From the NCBI GenBank assembly GCA_964016885.1, contig OZ024740.1, forward strand, positions 46,190,001-46,254,000: a stretch of 64,000 bases of DNA. The letters run 5' to 3'. The notes below the pieces were generated by a model. That model saw only the letters and a list, made by a program, of their open reading frames with translations. It was not told the origin of the DNA and made no database searches. A program made the position numbers and the translations under genes. The stretch comes from Eledone cirrhosa (lineage: Eukaryota). Below are positions 32,700-50,460 of the stretch, in pieces; positions within the stretch are counted from its first letter, which is position 1; each line of letters opens with the position of its first letter.

Positions 32700-35600
32700 A
32701 GGACCACATACAACACACGAGAAGATAATACACACATCTAGGACCACATACAACACACGAGAAGGTAATACACACATCTAAGACCATATACAACACACGA
32801 GAAGGTAATACACACATCTAGGACCATATACAACACACGAGAAGGTAATACACACATCCAGGACCATATGCAACACACGAGAAGGTAATACACACATATA
32901 GAACCACATACAACACACGACGAGAAGGTAATACACACACCTATGGCCACATAGAACACACGAGAAGGTAATACACACATCTAAGACCACATACAACACA
33001 CGAGAAGGTAATACACACATCTAGAACCATATACAACACACGAGAAGATAATACACACATCTAGGACCACGTACAACACACGAGAAGATAATACACACAT
33101 CTAGGACCACATACAACACACGAGAAAGTAATACACACATCTAAGACCATATACAACACACGAGAAGGTAATACACACATCTAGGACCACATACAACACA
33201 CGAGAAGGTAATACACACATCTAGGACCACATACAACACACGAGAAGGTAATACACACATCTAGAACCATATACAACACACGAGAAGATAATACACACAT
33301 CTAGGACCACATACAACACACGAGAAGATAATACACACATCTAGGACCACATACAACACACGAGAAGGTAATACACACATCTAGGACCACATACAACACA
33401 CGAGAAGGTAATACACACATCTAGGACTACAAACAACACACGAGAAGGTAATACACACACCTATGGCCACATACAACACACGAGAAGGTAATACACACAC
33501 CTATGGCCACATACAACACACGAGAAGGTAATACACACATTCTAGGACCACATACAACACACGAGAAGGTAATACACACATCTAGGACTACAAACATCAC
33601 ACGATAAGGTAATACACACACCTATGGCCACATACAACACACGAGAAGGTAATACACACATCTAAGACTACATACAACTCAGGAGAAGGTAATACACACA
33701 TCTAGGACCACATACAACACACGAGAAGGAAATACACACATCTAGGACCACATACAACACACGAGAAGGTAATACACACATCTAGGACCACATACAACAC
33801 ACGAAAAGGTAATACACACATCTTGGACCACATACAACACACGAGAAGGTAATACACACATCTAGGATCACATACAACACACGAGAAGGTAATACACACA
33901 TCTAGGACCATATACAACACACGAGAAGGTAATACACACACCTAGGACCATATACAACAGACGAGCAGGTAATACACACATCTAGGCCCATATACAACAC
34001 ACGATAAGGTAATACACACATCTAAGACTACATACAACACACGAGAAGGTAATAACACATCTAGGACCATATGCAACACACGAGAAGGTAATACACACAT
34101 CTAGGACCACATACAACACACGAGAAGGTAATACACACACCTAGGACCATATACAACACACGAGAAGGTAATACACACATCTAGGACCACATACAACACA
34201 CGAGAAGGTAATACACACATCTAGAAACATATACAACACACGAGCAGGTAATACACACATCTAGGACCACATACAACACACGAGAAGGTAATACACACAT
34301 CTAGGACCACATACAACACACGAGAAGGTAATACACACATCTAGGACCACATACAACACACGAGAAGTTAATACACACATCTAGGACCACATACAACACA
34401 CGATAAGGTAATACACACATCTAAGACCATATACAACACACAAGAAGGTAATACACACATCTAGGACCACGTACAACAGACAAGCAGGTAATACACACAT
34501 CTAGGACAACATACAACACACGATAAGGTAATACTCACATCTAAGAATACATACAACACACGAGAAGGTAATACACACATCTAGGACCATATACAACAGA
34601 CGAGCAGGTAATACACACATCTAGGACCATATACAACACACGAGAAGGTAATACACACATCTAGGACCACATACAACACACGATAAGGTATTACACACAT
34701 CTAGGACCATATACAATACATGATAAGGTAATACACACATCTAAGAATACATACAACACACGAGAAGGTAATACACACATCTAGGACCATATGCAACACA
34801 CGAGAAGGTAATACACACATTAAGGACCACATACAACACACGAGAAGGTAATACACACACCTAGGACCATATACAACACTCGACAAGGTAATACACACAT
34901 CTAGGACCACATACAACACACGAGAAGGTAATACACACATCTAGCACCACATACAACACACGAGAAGGTAATACACACATCTAGGACTAGAAACAACACA
35001 CGATAAGGTAATACACACACCTATGGCCACATACAACACACGATAAGGTAATACACACATCTAAGACCACATACAACACACGAGAAGGTAATACACACAT
35101 CTAGAACCATATACAACACACGAGAAGATAATACACACATCTAGGACCACATACAACACACGAGAAGATAATACACACATCTAGGACCACATACAACACA
35201 CGAGAAGGTAATACACACATCTAAGACCATATACAACACACGAGAAGGTAATACACACATCTAGGACCATATACAACACACGATAAGGTAATACACACAT
35301 CTAGGACCATATGCAACACACGAGAAGGTAATACACACATCTAGGACCGCATACAACACACGAGAAGGTAATACACACACCTATGGCCACATAGAACACA
35401 CGAGAAGGTAATACACACATCTAAGACCACATACAACACACGAGAAGGTAATACACACATCTAGAACCATATACAACACACGAGAAGATAATACACACAT
35501 CTAGGACCACATACAACACACGAGAAGATAATACACACATCTAGGACCACATACGACACACGAGAATGTAATACACACATCTAAGACTATATACAACACA

Positions 35601-38600
35601 CGAGAAGGTAATACACACATCTAGGACCACATACAACACACGAGAAGGTAATACACACATCTAGGACCACATACAACACACGAGAAGGTAATACACACAC
35701 CTAGGACCATATACAACACACGAGAATGTAATACACACATCTGAGACCACATACAACAAACGAGAAGGTAATACACACATCTAGGACCACATACAACACA
35801 CGAGCAGGTAATACACACATCTAGGACCACATACAACACACGAGAAGGTAATACACACATCTAGGACCACATACAACACACGAGAAGGTAATACACACAT
35901 CTTGGACCACATACAACACACGAGAAGGTAATACACACATCTAGGACCACATACAACACACGAGAAGGTAAAACACACATCTAGGACCATATACAACACA
36001 CGAGAAGGTAATACACACACCTAGGACCATATACAACAGACGAGCAGGTAATACACACATCTAGGACCATATACAACACACGATAAGGTAATACACACAT
36101 CTAAGACTACATACAACACACGAGAAGGTAATACACACATCTAGGACCATATACAACACACGAGAAGGTAATACACACATCTAGGACCACATACAACACA
36201 CGAGGAGGTAATACACACACCTAGGACCATATACAACATACGAGAAGGTAATACACACATCTAGAACCACATACAACACACGAGAAGGTAATACACACAT
36301 CTAGAAACATATACAACACACGAGCAGGTAATACACACATCTAGGACCACATAAAACACACGAGAAGGTAATACACACATCTAGGACCACATACAACACA
36401 CGAGAAGGTAATACACACATCTAGGACCACATACAACACAGGAGAAGGTAATACACACATCTAGAACCATATACAACACACGAGAAGATAATACACACAT
36501 CTAGGACCACATACAACACACGAGAAGATAATACACACATCTAGGACCACATACAACACACGAGAAGGTAATACACACATCTAAGACCATATACAACACA
36601 CGAGAAGGTAATACACACATCTAGGACCATATACAACACACGAGAAGGTAATACACACATCCAGGACCATATGCAACACACGAGAAGGTAATACACACAT
36701 ATAGAACCACATACAACACACGAGAAGGTAATACACACACCTATGGCCACATAGAACACACGAGAAGGTAATACACACATCTAAGACCACATACAACACA
36801 CGAGAAGGTAATACACACATCTAGAACCATATACAACACACGAGAAGATAATACACACATCTAGGACCACGTACAACACACGAGAAGATAATACACACAT
36901 CTAGGACCACATACAACACACGAGAAAGTAATACACACATCTAAGACCATATACAACACACGAGAAGGTAATACACACATCTAGGACCACATACAACACA
37001 CGAGAAGGTAATACACACATCTAGGACCACATACAACACACGAGAAGGTAATACACACATCTAGAACCATATACAACACATGAGAAGATAATACACACAT
37101 CTAGGACCACATACAACACACGAGAAGATAATACACACATCTAGGACCACATACAACACACGAGAAGGTAATACACACATCTAGGACCACATACAACACA
37201 CGAGAAGGTAATACACACATCTAGGACTACAAACAACACACGAGAAGGTAATACACACACCTATGGCCACATACAACACACGAGAAGGTAATACACACAC
37301 CTATGGCCACATACAACACACGAGAAGGTAATACACACATTCTAGGACCACATACAACACACGAGAAGGTAATACACACATCTAGGACTACAAACAACAC
37401 ACGATAAGGTAATACACACACCTATGGCCACATACAACACACGAGAAGGTAATACACACATCTAAGACTACATACAACTCAGGAGAAGGTAATACACACA
37501 TCTAGGACCACATACAACACACGAGAAGGAAATACACACATCTAGGACCACATACAACACACGAGAAGGTAATACACACATCTAGGACCACATACAACAC
37601 ACGAAAAGGTAATACACACATCTTGGACCACATACAACACACGAGAAGGTAATACACACATCTAGGATCACATACAACACACGAGAAGGTAATACACACA
37701 TCTAGGACCATATACAACACACGAGAAGGTAATACACACACCTAGGACCATATACAACAGACGAGCAGGTAATACACACATCTAGGCCCATATACAACAC
37801 ACGATAAGGTAATACACACATCTAAGACTACATACAACACACGAGAAGGTAATACACACATCTAGGACCATATGCAACACACGAGAAGGTAATACACACA
37901 TCTAGGACCACATACAACACACGAGAAGGTAATACACACACCTAGGACCATATACAACACACGAGAAGGTAATACACACATCTAGGACCAGATACAACAC
38001 ACGAGAAGGTAATACACACATCTAGAAACATATACAACACACGAGCAGGTAATACACACATCTAGGACCACATACAACACACGAGAAGGTAATACACACA
38101 TCTAGGACCACATACAACACACGAGAAGGTAATACACACATCTAGGACCACATACAACACACGAGAAGTTAATACACACATCTAGGACCACATACAACAC
38201 ACGATAAGGTAATACACACATCTAAGACCATATACAACACACAAGAAGGTAATACACACATCTAGGACCACGTACAACAGACAAGCAGGTAATACACACA
38301 TCTAGGACAACATACAACACACGATAAGGTAATACTCACATCTAAGAATACATACAACACACGAGAAGGTAATACACACATCTAGGACCATATACAACAG
38401 ACGAGCAGGTAATACACACATCTAGGACCATATACAACACACGAGAAGGTAATACACACATCTAGGACCACATACAACACACGATAAGGTATTACACACA
38501 TCTAGGACCATATACAATACATGATAAGGTAATACACACATCTAAGAATACATACAACATACGAGAAGGTAATACACACATCTAGGACCATATGCAACAC

Positions 38601-41600
38601 ACGAGAAGGTAATACAGACATCAAGGACCACATATAACACACGAGAAGGTAATACACACACCTAGGACCATATACAACACTCGACAAGGTAATACACACA
38701 TCTAGGACCACATACAACACACGAGAAGGTAATACACACATCTAGCACCACATACAACACACGAGAAGGTAATACACACATCTAGGACTAGAAACAACAC
38801 ACGATAAGGTAATACACACACCTATGGCCACATACAACACACGAGAAGATAATACACACATCTAGGACCACATACAACACACGAGAAGGTAATACACACA
38901 TCTAAGACCATATACAACACACGAGAAGGTAATACACACATCTAGGACCATATACAACACACGAGAAGGTAATACACACATCCAGGACCATATGCAACAC
39001 ACGAGAAGGTAATACACACATATAGAACCACATACAACACACGAGAAGGTAATACACACACCTATGGCCACATAGAACACACGAGAAGGTAATACACACA
39101 TCTAAGACCACATACAACACACGAGAAGGTAATACACACATCTAGAACCATATACAACACACGAGAAGATAATACACACATCTAGGACCACGTACAACAC
39201 ACGAGAAGATAATACACACATCTAGGACCACATACAACACACGAGAAAGTAATACACACATCTAAGACCATATACAACACACGAGAAGGTAATACACACA
39301 TCTAGGACCACATACAACACACGAGAAGGTAATACACACATCTAGGACCACATACAACACACGAGAAGGTAATACACACATCTAGAACCATATACAACAC
39401 ATGAGAAGATAATACACACATCTAGGACCACATACAACACACGAGAAGATAATACACACATCTAGGACCACATACAACACACGAGAAGGTAATACACACA
39501 TCTAGGACCACATACAACACACGAGAAGGTAATACACACATCTAGGACTACAAACAACACACGAGAAGGTAATACACACACCTATGGCCACATACAACAC
39601 ACGAGAAGGTAATACACACACCTATGGCCACATACAACACACGAGAAGGTAATACACACATTCTAGGACCACATACAACACACGAGAAGGTAATACACAC
39701 ATCTAGGACTACAAACAACACACGATAAGGTAATACACACACCTATGGCCACATACAACACACGAGAAGGTAATACACACATCTAAGACTACATACAACT
39801 CAGGAGAAGGTAATACACACATCTAGGACCACATACAACACACGAGAAGGAAATACACACATCTAGGACCACATACAACACACGAGAAGGTAATACACAC
39901 ATCTAGGACCACATACAACACACGAAAAGGTAATACACACATCTTGGACCACATACAACACACGAGAAGGTAATACACACATCTAGGATCACATACAACA
40001 CACGAGAAGGTAATACACACATCTAGGACCATATACAACACACGAGAAGGTAATACACACACCTAGGACCATATACAACAGACGAGCAGGTAATACACAC
40101 ATCTAGGCCCATATACAACACACGATAAGGTAATACACACATCTAAGACTACATACAACACACGAGAAGGTAATACACACATCTAGGACCATATGCAACA
40201 CACGAGAAGGTAATACACACATCTAGGACCACATACAACACACGAGAAGGTAATACACACACCTAGGACCATATACAACACACGAGAAGGTAATACACAC
40301 ATCTAGGACCAGATACAACACACGAGAAGGTAATACACACATCTAGAAACATATACAACACACGAGCAGGTAATACACACATCTAGGACCACATACAACA
40401 CACGAGAAGGTAATACACACATCTAGGACCACATACAACACACGAGAAGGTAATACACACATCTAGGACCACATACAACACACGAGAAGTTAATACACAC
40501 ATCTAGGACCACATACAACACACGATAAGGTAATACACACATCTAAGACCATATACAACACACAAGAAGGTAATACACACATCTAGGACCACGTACAACA
40601 GACAAGCAGGTAATACACACATCTAGGACAACATACAACACACGATAAGGTAATACTCACATCTAAGAATACATACAACACACGAGAAGGTAATACACAC
40701 ATCTAGGACCATATACAACAGACGAGCAGGTAATACACACATCTAGGACCATATACAACACACGAGAAGGTAATACACACATCTAGGACCACATACAACA
40801 CACGATAAGGTATTACACACATCTAGGACCATATACAATACATGATAAGGTAATACACACATCTAAGAATACATACAACATACGAGAAGGTAATACACAC
40901 ATCTAGGACCATATGCAACACACGAGAAGGTAATACAGACATCAAGGACCACATATAACACACGAGAAGGTAATACACACACCTAGGACCATATACAACA
41001 CTCGACAAGGTAATACACACATCTAGGACCACATACAACACACGAGAAGGTAATACACACATCTAGCACCACATACAACACACGAGAAGGTAATACACAC
41101 ATCTAGGACTAGAAACAACACACGATAAGGTAATACACACACCTATGGCCACATACAACACACGATAAGGTAATACACACATCTAAGACCACATACAACA
41201 CACGAGAAGGTAATACACACATCTAGAACCATATACAACACACGAGAAGATAATACACACATCTAGGACCACATACAACACACGAGAAGATAATACACAC
41301 ATCTAGGACCACATACAACACACGAGAAGGTAATACACACATCTAAGACCATATACAACACACGAGAAGGTAATACACACATCTAGGACCATATACAACA
41401 CACGATAAGGTAATACACACATCTAGGACCATATGCAACACACGAGAAGGTAATACACACATCTAGGACCGCATACAACACACGAGAAGGTAATACACAC
41501 ACCTATGGCCACATAGAACACACGAGAAGGTAATACACACATCTAAGACCACATACAACACACGAGAAGGTAATACACACATCTAGAACCATATACAACA

Positions 41601-44600
41601 CACGAGAAGATAATACACACATCTAGGACCACATACAACACACGAGAAGATAATACACACATCTAGGACCACATACGACACACGAGAATGTAATACACAC
41701 ATCTAAGACTATATACAACACACGAGAAGGTAATACACACATCTAGGACCACATACAACACACGAGAAGGTAATACACACATCTAGGACCACATACAACA
41801 CACGAGAAGGTAATACACACACCTAGGACCATATACAACACACGAGAATGTAATACACACATCTGAGACCACATACAACAAACGAGAAGGTAATACACAC
41901 ATCTAGGACCACATACAACACACGAGCAGGGAATACACACATCTAGGACCACATACAACACACGAGAAGGTAATACACACATCTAGGACCACATACAACA
42001 CACGAGAAGGTAATACACACATCTTGGACCACATACAACACACGAGAAGGTAATACACACATCTAGGACCACATACAACACACGAGAAGGTAAAACACAC
42101 ATCTAGGACCATATACAACACACGAGAAGGTAATACACACACCTAGGACCATATACAACAGACGAGCAGGTAATACACACATCTAGGACCATATACAACA
42201 CACGATAAGGTAATACACACATCTAAGACTACATACAACACACGAGAAGGTAATACACACATCTAGGACCATATGCAACACACGAGAAGGTAATACACAC
42301 ATCTAGGACCACATACAACACACGAGGAGGTAATACACACACCTAGGACCATATACAACATACGAGAAGGTAATACACACATCTAGGACCACATACAACA
42401 CACGAGAAGGTAATACACACATCTAGAAACATATACAACACACGAGCAGGTAATACACACATCTAGGACCACATAAAACATACGAGAAGGTAATACACAC
42501 ATCTAGGACCACATACAACACACGAGAAGGTAATACACACATCTAGGACCACATACAACACAGGAGAAGGTAATACACACATCTAGAACCATATACAACA
42601 CACGAGAAGATAATACACACATCTAGGACCACATACAACACACGAGAAGATAATACACACATCTAGGACCACATACAACACACGAGAAGGTAATACACAC
42701 ATCTAAGACCATATACAACACACGAGAAGGTAATACACACATCTAGGACCATATACAACACACGAGAAGGTAATACACACATCTAGGACCATATGCAACA
42801 CACGAGAAGGTAATACACACATATAGAACCACATACAACACACGAGAAGGTAATACACACACCTATGGCCACATAGAACACACGAGAAGGTAATACACAC
42901 ATCTAAGACCACATACAACACACGAGAAGGTAATACACACATCTAGAACCATATACAACACACGAGAAGATAATACACACATCTAGGACCACGTACAACA
43001 CACGAGAAGATAATACACACATCTAGGACCACATACAACACACGAGAAAGTAATACACACATCTAGGACCACATACAACACACGAAAAGGTAATACACAC
43101 ATCTTGGACCACATCCAACACACGAGAAGGTAATACACACATCTAGGATCACATACAACACACGAGAAGGTAATACACACATCTAGGACCATATACAACA
43201 CACGAGAAGGTAATACACACACCTAGGACCATATACAACAGACGAGCAGTTAATACACACATCTAGGCCCATATACAACACACGATAAGGTAATACACAC
43301 ATCTAAGACTACATACAACACACGAGAAGGTAATACACACATCTAGGACCATATGCAACACACGAGAAGGTAATACACACATCTAGGACCACATACAACA
43401 CACGAGAAGGTAATACACACACCTAGGACCATATACAACACACGAGAAGGTAATACACACATCTAGGACCACATACAACACACGAGAAGGTAATACACAC
43501 ATCTAGAAACATATACAACACACGAGCAGGTAATACACACATCTAGGACCACATACAACACACGAGAAGGTAATACACACATCTAGGACCACATACAACA
43601 CACGAGAAGGTAATACACACATCTAGGACCACATACAACACACGAGAAGTTAATACACACATCTAGGACCACATACAACACACGATAAGGTAATACACAC
43701 ATCTAAGACCATATACAACACACAAGAAGGTAATACACACATCTAGGACCACGTACAACAGACAAGCAGGTAATACACACATCTAGGACAACATACAACA
43801 CACGATAAGGTAATACTCACATCTAAGAATACATACAACACACGAGAAGGTAATACACACATCTAGGACCATATACAACAGACGAGCAGGTAATACACAC
43901 ATCTAGGACCATATACAACACACGAGAAGGTAATACACACATCTAGGACCACATACAACACACGATAAGGTATTACACACATCTAGGACCATATACAATA
44001 CATGATAAGGTAATACACACATCTAAGAATACATACAACACACGAGAAGGTAATACACACATCTAGGACCATATGCAACACACGAGAAGGTAATACACAC
44101 ATCAAGGACCACATACAACACACGAGAAGGTAATACACACACCTAGGACCATATACAACACTCGACAAGGTAATACACACATCTAGGACCACATACAACA
44201 CACGAGAAGGTAATACACACATCTAGCACCACATACAACACACGAGAAGGTAATACACACATCTAGGACTAGAAACAACACACGATAAGGTAATACACAC
44301 ACCTATGGCCACATACAACACACGATAAGGTAATACACACATCTAAGACCACATACAACACACGAGAAGGTAATACACACATCTAGAACCATATACAACA
44401 CACGAGAAGATAATACACACATCTAGGACCACATACAACACACGAGAAGATAATACACACATCTAGGACCACATACAACACACGAGAAGGTAATACACAC
44501 ATCTAAGACCACATACAACACACGAGAAGGTAATACACACATCTAGAACCATATACAACACACGAGAAGATAATACACACATCTAGGACCACATACAACA

Positions 44601-46050
44601 CACGAGAAGATAATACACACATCTAGGACCACATACGACACACGAGAATGTAATACACACATCTAAGACTATATACAACACACGAGAAGGTAATACACAC
44701 ATCTAGGACCACATACAACACACGAGAAGGTAATACACACATCTAGGACCACATACAACACACGAGAAGGTAATACACACACCTAGGACCATATACAACA
44801 CACGAGAATGTAATACACACATCTGAGACCACATACAACAAACGAGAAGGTAATACACACATCTAGGACCACATACAACACACGAGCAGGTAATACACAC
44901 ATCTAGGACCACATACAACACACGAGAAGGTAATACACACATCTAGGACCACATACAACACACGAGAAGGTAATACACACATCTTGGACCACATACAACA
45001 CACGAGAAGGTAATACACACATCTAGGACCACATACAACACACGAGAAGGTAAAACACACATCTAGGACCATATACAACACACGAGAAGGTAATACACAC
45101 ACCTAGAACCATATACAACAGACGAGCAGGTAATACACACATCTAGGACCATATACAACACACGATAAGGTAATACACACATCTAAGACTACATACAACA
45201 CACGAGAAGGTAATACACACATCTAGGACCATATGCAACACACGAGAAGGTAATACACACATCTAGGACCACATACAACACACGAGGAGGTAATACACAT
45301 ACCTAGGACCATATACAACATACGAGAAGGTAATACACACATCTAGGACCACATACAACACACGAGAAGGTAATACACACATCTAGAAACATATACAACA
45401 CACGAGCAGGTAATACACACATCTAGGACCACATAAAACACACGAGAAGGTAATACACACATCTAGGATCACATACAACACACGAGAAGGTAATACACAC
45501 ATCTAGGACCACATACAACACAGGAGAAGGTAATACACACATCTAGAACCATATACAACACACGAGAAGATAATACACACATCTAGGACCACATACAACA
45601 CACGAGAAGATAATACACACATCTAGGACCACATACAACACACGAGAAGGTAATACACACATCTAAGACCATATACAACACACGAGAAGGTAATACACAC
45701 ATCTAGGACCATATACAACACACGAGAAGGTAATACACACATCTAGGACCATATGCAACACACGAGAAGGTAATACACACATATAGAACCACATACAACA
45801 CACGAGAAGGTAATACACACACCTATGGCCACATAGAACACACGAGAAGGTAATACACACATCTAAGACCACATACAACACACGAGAAGGTAATACACAC
45901 ATCTAGAACCATATACAACACACGAGAAGATAATACACACATCTAGGACCACGTACAACACACGAGAAGATAATACACACATCTAGGACCACATACAACA
46001 CACGAGAAAGTAATACACACATCTAAGACCATATACAACACACGAGAAGG
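32700..46050. repeat. Series of related 2.3-3.8-kb higher-order blocks
   Basis: ORF-track offsets of about 3800 (33702/37502, 34701/38502), 2321 (36541/38862, 37502/39823, 38502/40823), 3160 (40823/43983) and 2960 (41743/44703, 42703/45663). Shared private variants are CTGAGACC, ATATAGAACC, CTCGACAAGG and CGAGGAGG. Confidence 0.8.
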
Positions 46051-49000
46051 TAATACACACATCTAGGACCACATACAACACACGAGAAGGTAATACACAC
46101 ATCTAGGACCACATAAAACACACGAGAAGGTAATACACACATCTAGGATCACATACAACACACGAGAAGGTAATACACACATCTAGGACCATATACAACA
46201 CACGAGAACGTAATACACACACCTAGGACCATATACAACAGACGAGCAGGTAATACACACATCTAGGCCCATATACAACACACGATAAGGTAATACACAC
46301 ATCTAAGACTACATACAACACACGAGAAGGTAATACACACATCTAGGACCATATGCAACACACGAGAAGGTAATACACACATCTAGGACCACATACAACA
46401 CACGAGAAGGTAATACACACATCTAGAAACATATACAACACACGAGAAGGTAATACACACATCTAGGACCACATACAACACACGAGAAGGTAATACACAC
46501 ATCTAGGACCACATACAACACACGAGAAGGTAATACACACATCTAGGACCACATACAACACACGAGAAGTTAATACACACATCTAGGACCACATACAACA
46601 CACGATAAGGTAATACACACATCTAGGACCATATACAACACACAAGAAGGTAATACACACATTTAGGACCACATACAACAGACGAGCAGGTAATACACAC
46701 ATCTAGGACCACATACAACACACGATAAGGTAATACTCACATCTAAGAATACATACAACACACGAGAAGATAATACACACATCTAGGACCATATACAACA
46801 GACGAGCAGGTAATACAAACATCTAGGACCATATACAACACACGAGAAGGTAATACACACATCTAGGACCACATACAACACACGATAAGGTAATACACAC
46901 ATCTAGGACCATATACAATACACGAGAAGGTAATACACACATCTAGGACCATATGCAACACACGAGAAGGTAATACACACATCAAGGACCACATACAACA
47001 CACGAGAAGGTAATACACACACCTAGGACCATATACAACACTCGAGAAGGTAATACACACATCTAGGACCACATACAACACACGAGAAGGTAATACACAC
47101 ATCTAGCACCACATACAACACACGAGAAGGTAATACACACATCTAGGACTACAAACAACACACGATAAGGTAATACACACACCTATGGCCACATACAACA
47201 CACGATAAGGTAATACACACATCTAAGACCACATACAACACACGAGAAGGTAATACACACATCTAGGACCATATACAACACACGAGAAGATAATACACAC
47301 ATCTAGGACCACATACAACATAAGAGAAGATAATACACACATCTAGGACCACATACAACACACGAGAAGGTAATACACACATCTAAGACCATATACAACA
47401 CACGAGAAGGTAATACACACATCTAGGACCATATACAACACACGATAAGGTAATACACACATCTAGGACCATATGCAACACACGAGAAGGTAATACACAC
47501 ATCTAGGACCACATACAACACACGAGAAGGTAATACACACACCTATGGCCACATAGAACACACGATAAGGTAATACACACATCTAAGACCACATACAACA
47601 CACGAGAAGGTAATACACACATCTAGAACCATATACAACACACGAGAAGATAATACACACATCTAGGACCACATACAACACACGAGAAGAAAATACACAC
47701 ATCTAGGACCACATACAACACACGAGATGGTAATACACACATCTAAGACCATATACAACACACGAGAAGGTAATACACACATCTAGGACCACATACAACA
47801 CACGAGAAGGTAATACACACATCTAGGACCACATACAACACACGAGAAGGTAATACTCACATCTAAGACCACATACAACACACGAGAAGGTAATACACAC
47901 ATCTAAGACTACATACAACTTACGAGAACGTAATACACACATCTAGGACCACATACAACACACGAGAAGGTAATACACACATCTAGGACCACATACAACA
48001 CACGAGAAGGTAATACACACATCTAGGACCACATACAACACACGAGAAGGTAATACACACATCTTGGACCACATACAACACACGAGAAGGTAATACACAC
48101 ATCTAGGACCACATACAACACACGAGAAAGTAAAACACACATCTAGGACCATATACAACACACGAGAAGGTAATACACACACCTAGGACCATATACAACA
48201 GACGAGCAGGTAATACACACATGTAGGACCATATACAACACACGATAAGGTAATACACACATCTAAGACTACATACAACACACGAGAATGTAATACACAC
48301 ATCTAAGACCGTATACAACACACGAGAAGGTAATACACACATCTAGGACCATATACAACACACGAGAAGGTAATACACACATCTAGGACCATATGCAACA
48401 CACGAGAAGGTAATACACACATCTAGGACCACATACAACACACGAAAAGGTAATACACATATCTTGGACCACATACAACACACGAGAAGGTAATACACAC
48501 ATCTAGGATCACATACAACACACGAGAAGGTAATACACACATCTAGGACCATATACAACACACGAGAAGGTAATACACACACCTAGGACCATATACAACA
48601 GACGAGCAGGTAATACACACATCTAGGCCCATATACAACACACGATAAGGTAATACACACATCTAAGACTACATACAACACACGAGAAGGTAATACACAC
48701 ATCTAGGACCATATGCAACACACGAGAAGGTAATACACACATCTAGGACCACATACAACACACGAGAAGGTAATACACACACCTAGGACCATATACAACA
48801 CACGAGAAGGTAATACACACATCTAGGACCACATACAACACACGAGAAGGTAATACACACATCTAGAAACATATACAACACACGAGCAGGTAATACACAC
48901 ATCTAGGACCACATACAACACACGATAAGGTAATATACACATCTAGGACCACATACAACACACGAGAAGGTAATACACACATCTAGGACCACATACAACA

Positions 49001-50460
49001 CACGAGAAGTTAATACACACATCTAGGACCACATACAACACACGATAAGGTAATACACACATCTAAGACCATATACAACACACAAGAAGGTAATAGACAC
49101 ATCTAGGACCACGTACAACAGACAAGCAGGTAATACACACATCTAGGACCACATACAACACACGATAAGGTAATACTCACATCTAAGAATACATACAACA
49201 CACGAGAAGGTAATACACACATCTAGGACCATATACAACAGACGAGCAGGTAATACACACATCTAGGACCATATACAACACACGAGAAGGTAATACACAC
49301 ATCTAGGACCACATACAACACACGATAAGGTATTACACACATCTAGGACCATATACAATACACGATAAGGTAATACACACATCTAAGAATACATACAACA
49401 CACGAGAAGGTAATACACACATCTAGGACCATATGCAACACACGAGAAGGTAATACACACATCAAGGACCACATACAACACACGAGAAGGTAATACACAC
49501 ACCTAGGACCATATACAACACTCGAGAAGGTAATACACACATCTAGGACCACATACAACACACGAGAAGGTAATACACACATCTAGCACCACATACAACA
49601 CACGAGAAGGTAATACACACATCTAGGACTACAAACAACACACGATAAGGTAATACACACACCTATGGCCACATACAACACACGATAAGGTAATACACAC
49701 ATCTAAGACCACATACAACACACGAGAAGGTAATACACACATCTAGAACCATATACAACACACGAGAAGATAATACACACATCTAGGACCACATACAACA
49801 CACGAGAATATAATACACACATCTAGGACCACATACAACACACGAGAAGATAATGCACACATCTAGGACCACATACAACCAACGAGAAGGTAATACACAC
49901 ATCTAAGACCATATACAACACACGAGAAGGTAATACACACATCTAGGACCATATGAAACACACGAGAAGGTAATACACACATCTAGGACCACATACAACA
50001 CACGAGAAGGTAATACACACACCTATGGCCACATAGAACACACGATAAGGTAATACACACATCTAAGACCACATACAACACACGAGAAGGTAATACACAC
50101 ATCTAAGACCATATACAACACACGAGAAGGTAATACACACATCTAGGACCATATACAACACACGATAAGGTAATACACACATCTAGGACCATATGCAACA
50201 CACGAGAAGGTAATACACACATCTAGGACCGCATACAACACACGAGAAGGTAATACACACACCTATGGCCACATAGAACAGACGAGAAGGTAATACACAC
50301 ATCTAAGACCACATACAACACACGAGAAGGTAATACACACATCTAGAACCATATACAACACACGAGAAGATAATACACACATCTAGGACCACATACAACA
50401 CACGAGAAGATAATACACACATCTAGGACCACATACGACACACGAGAAGGTAATACACAC

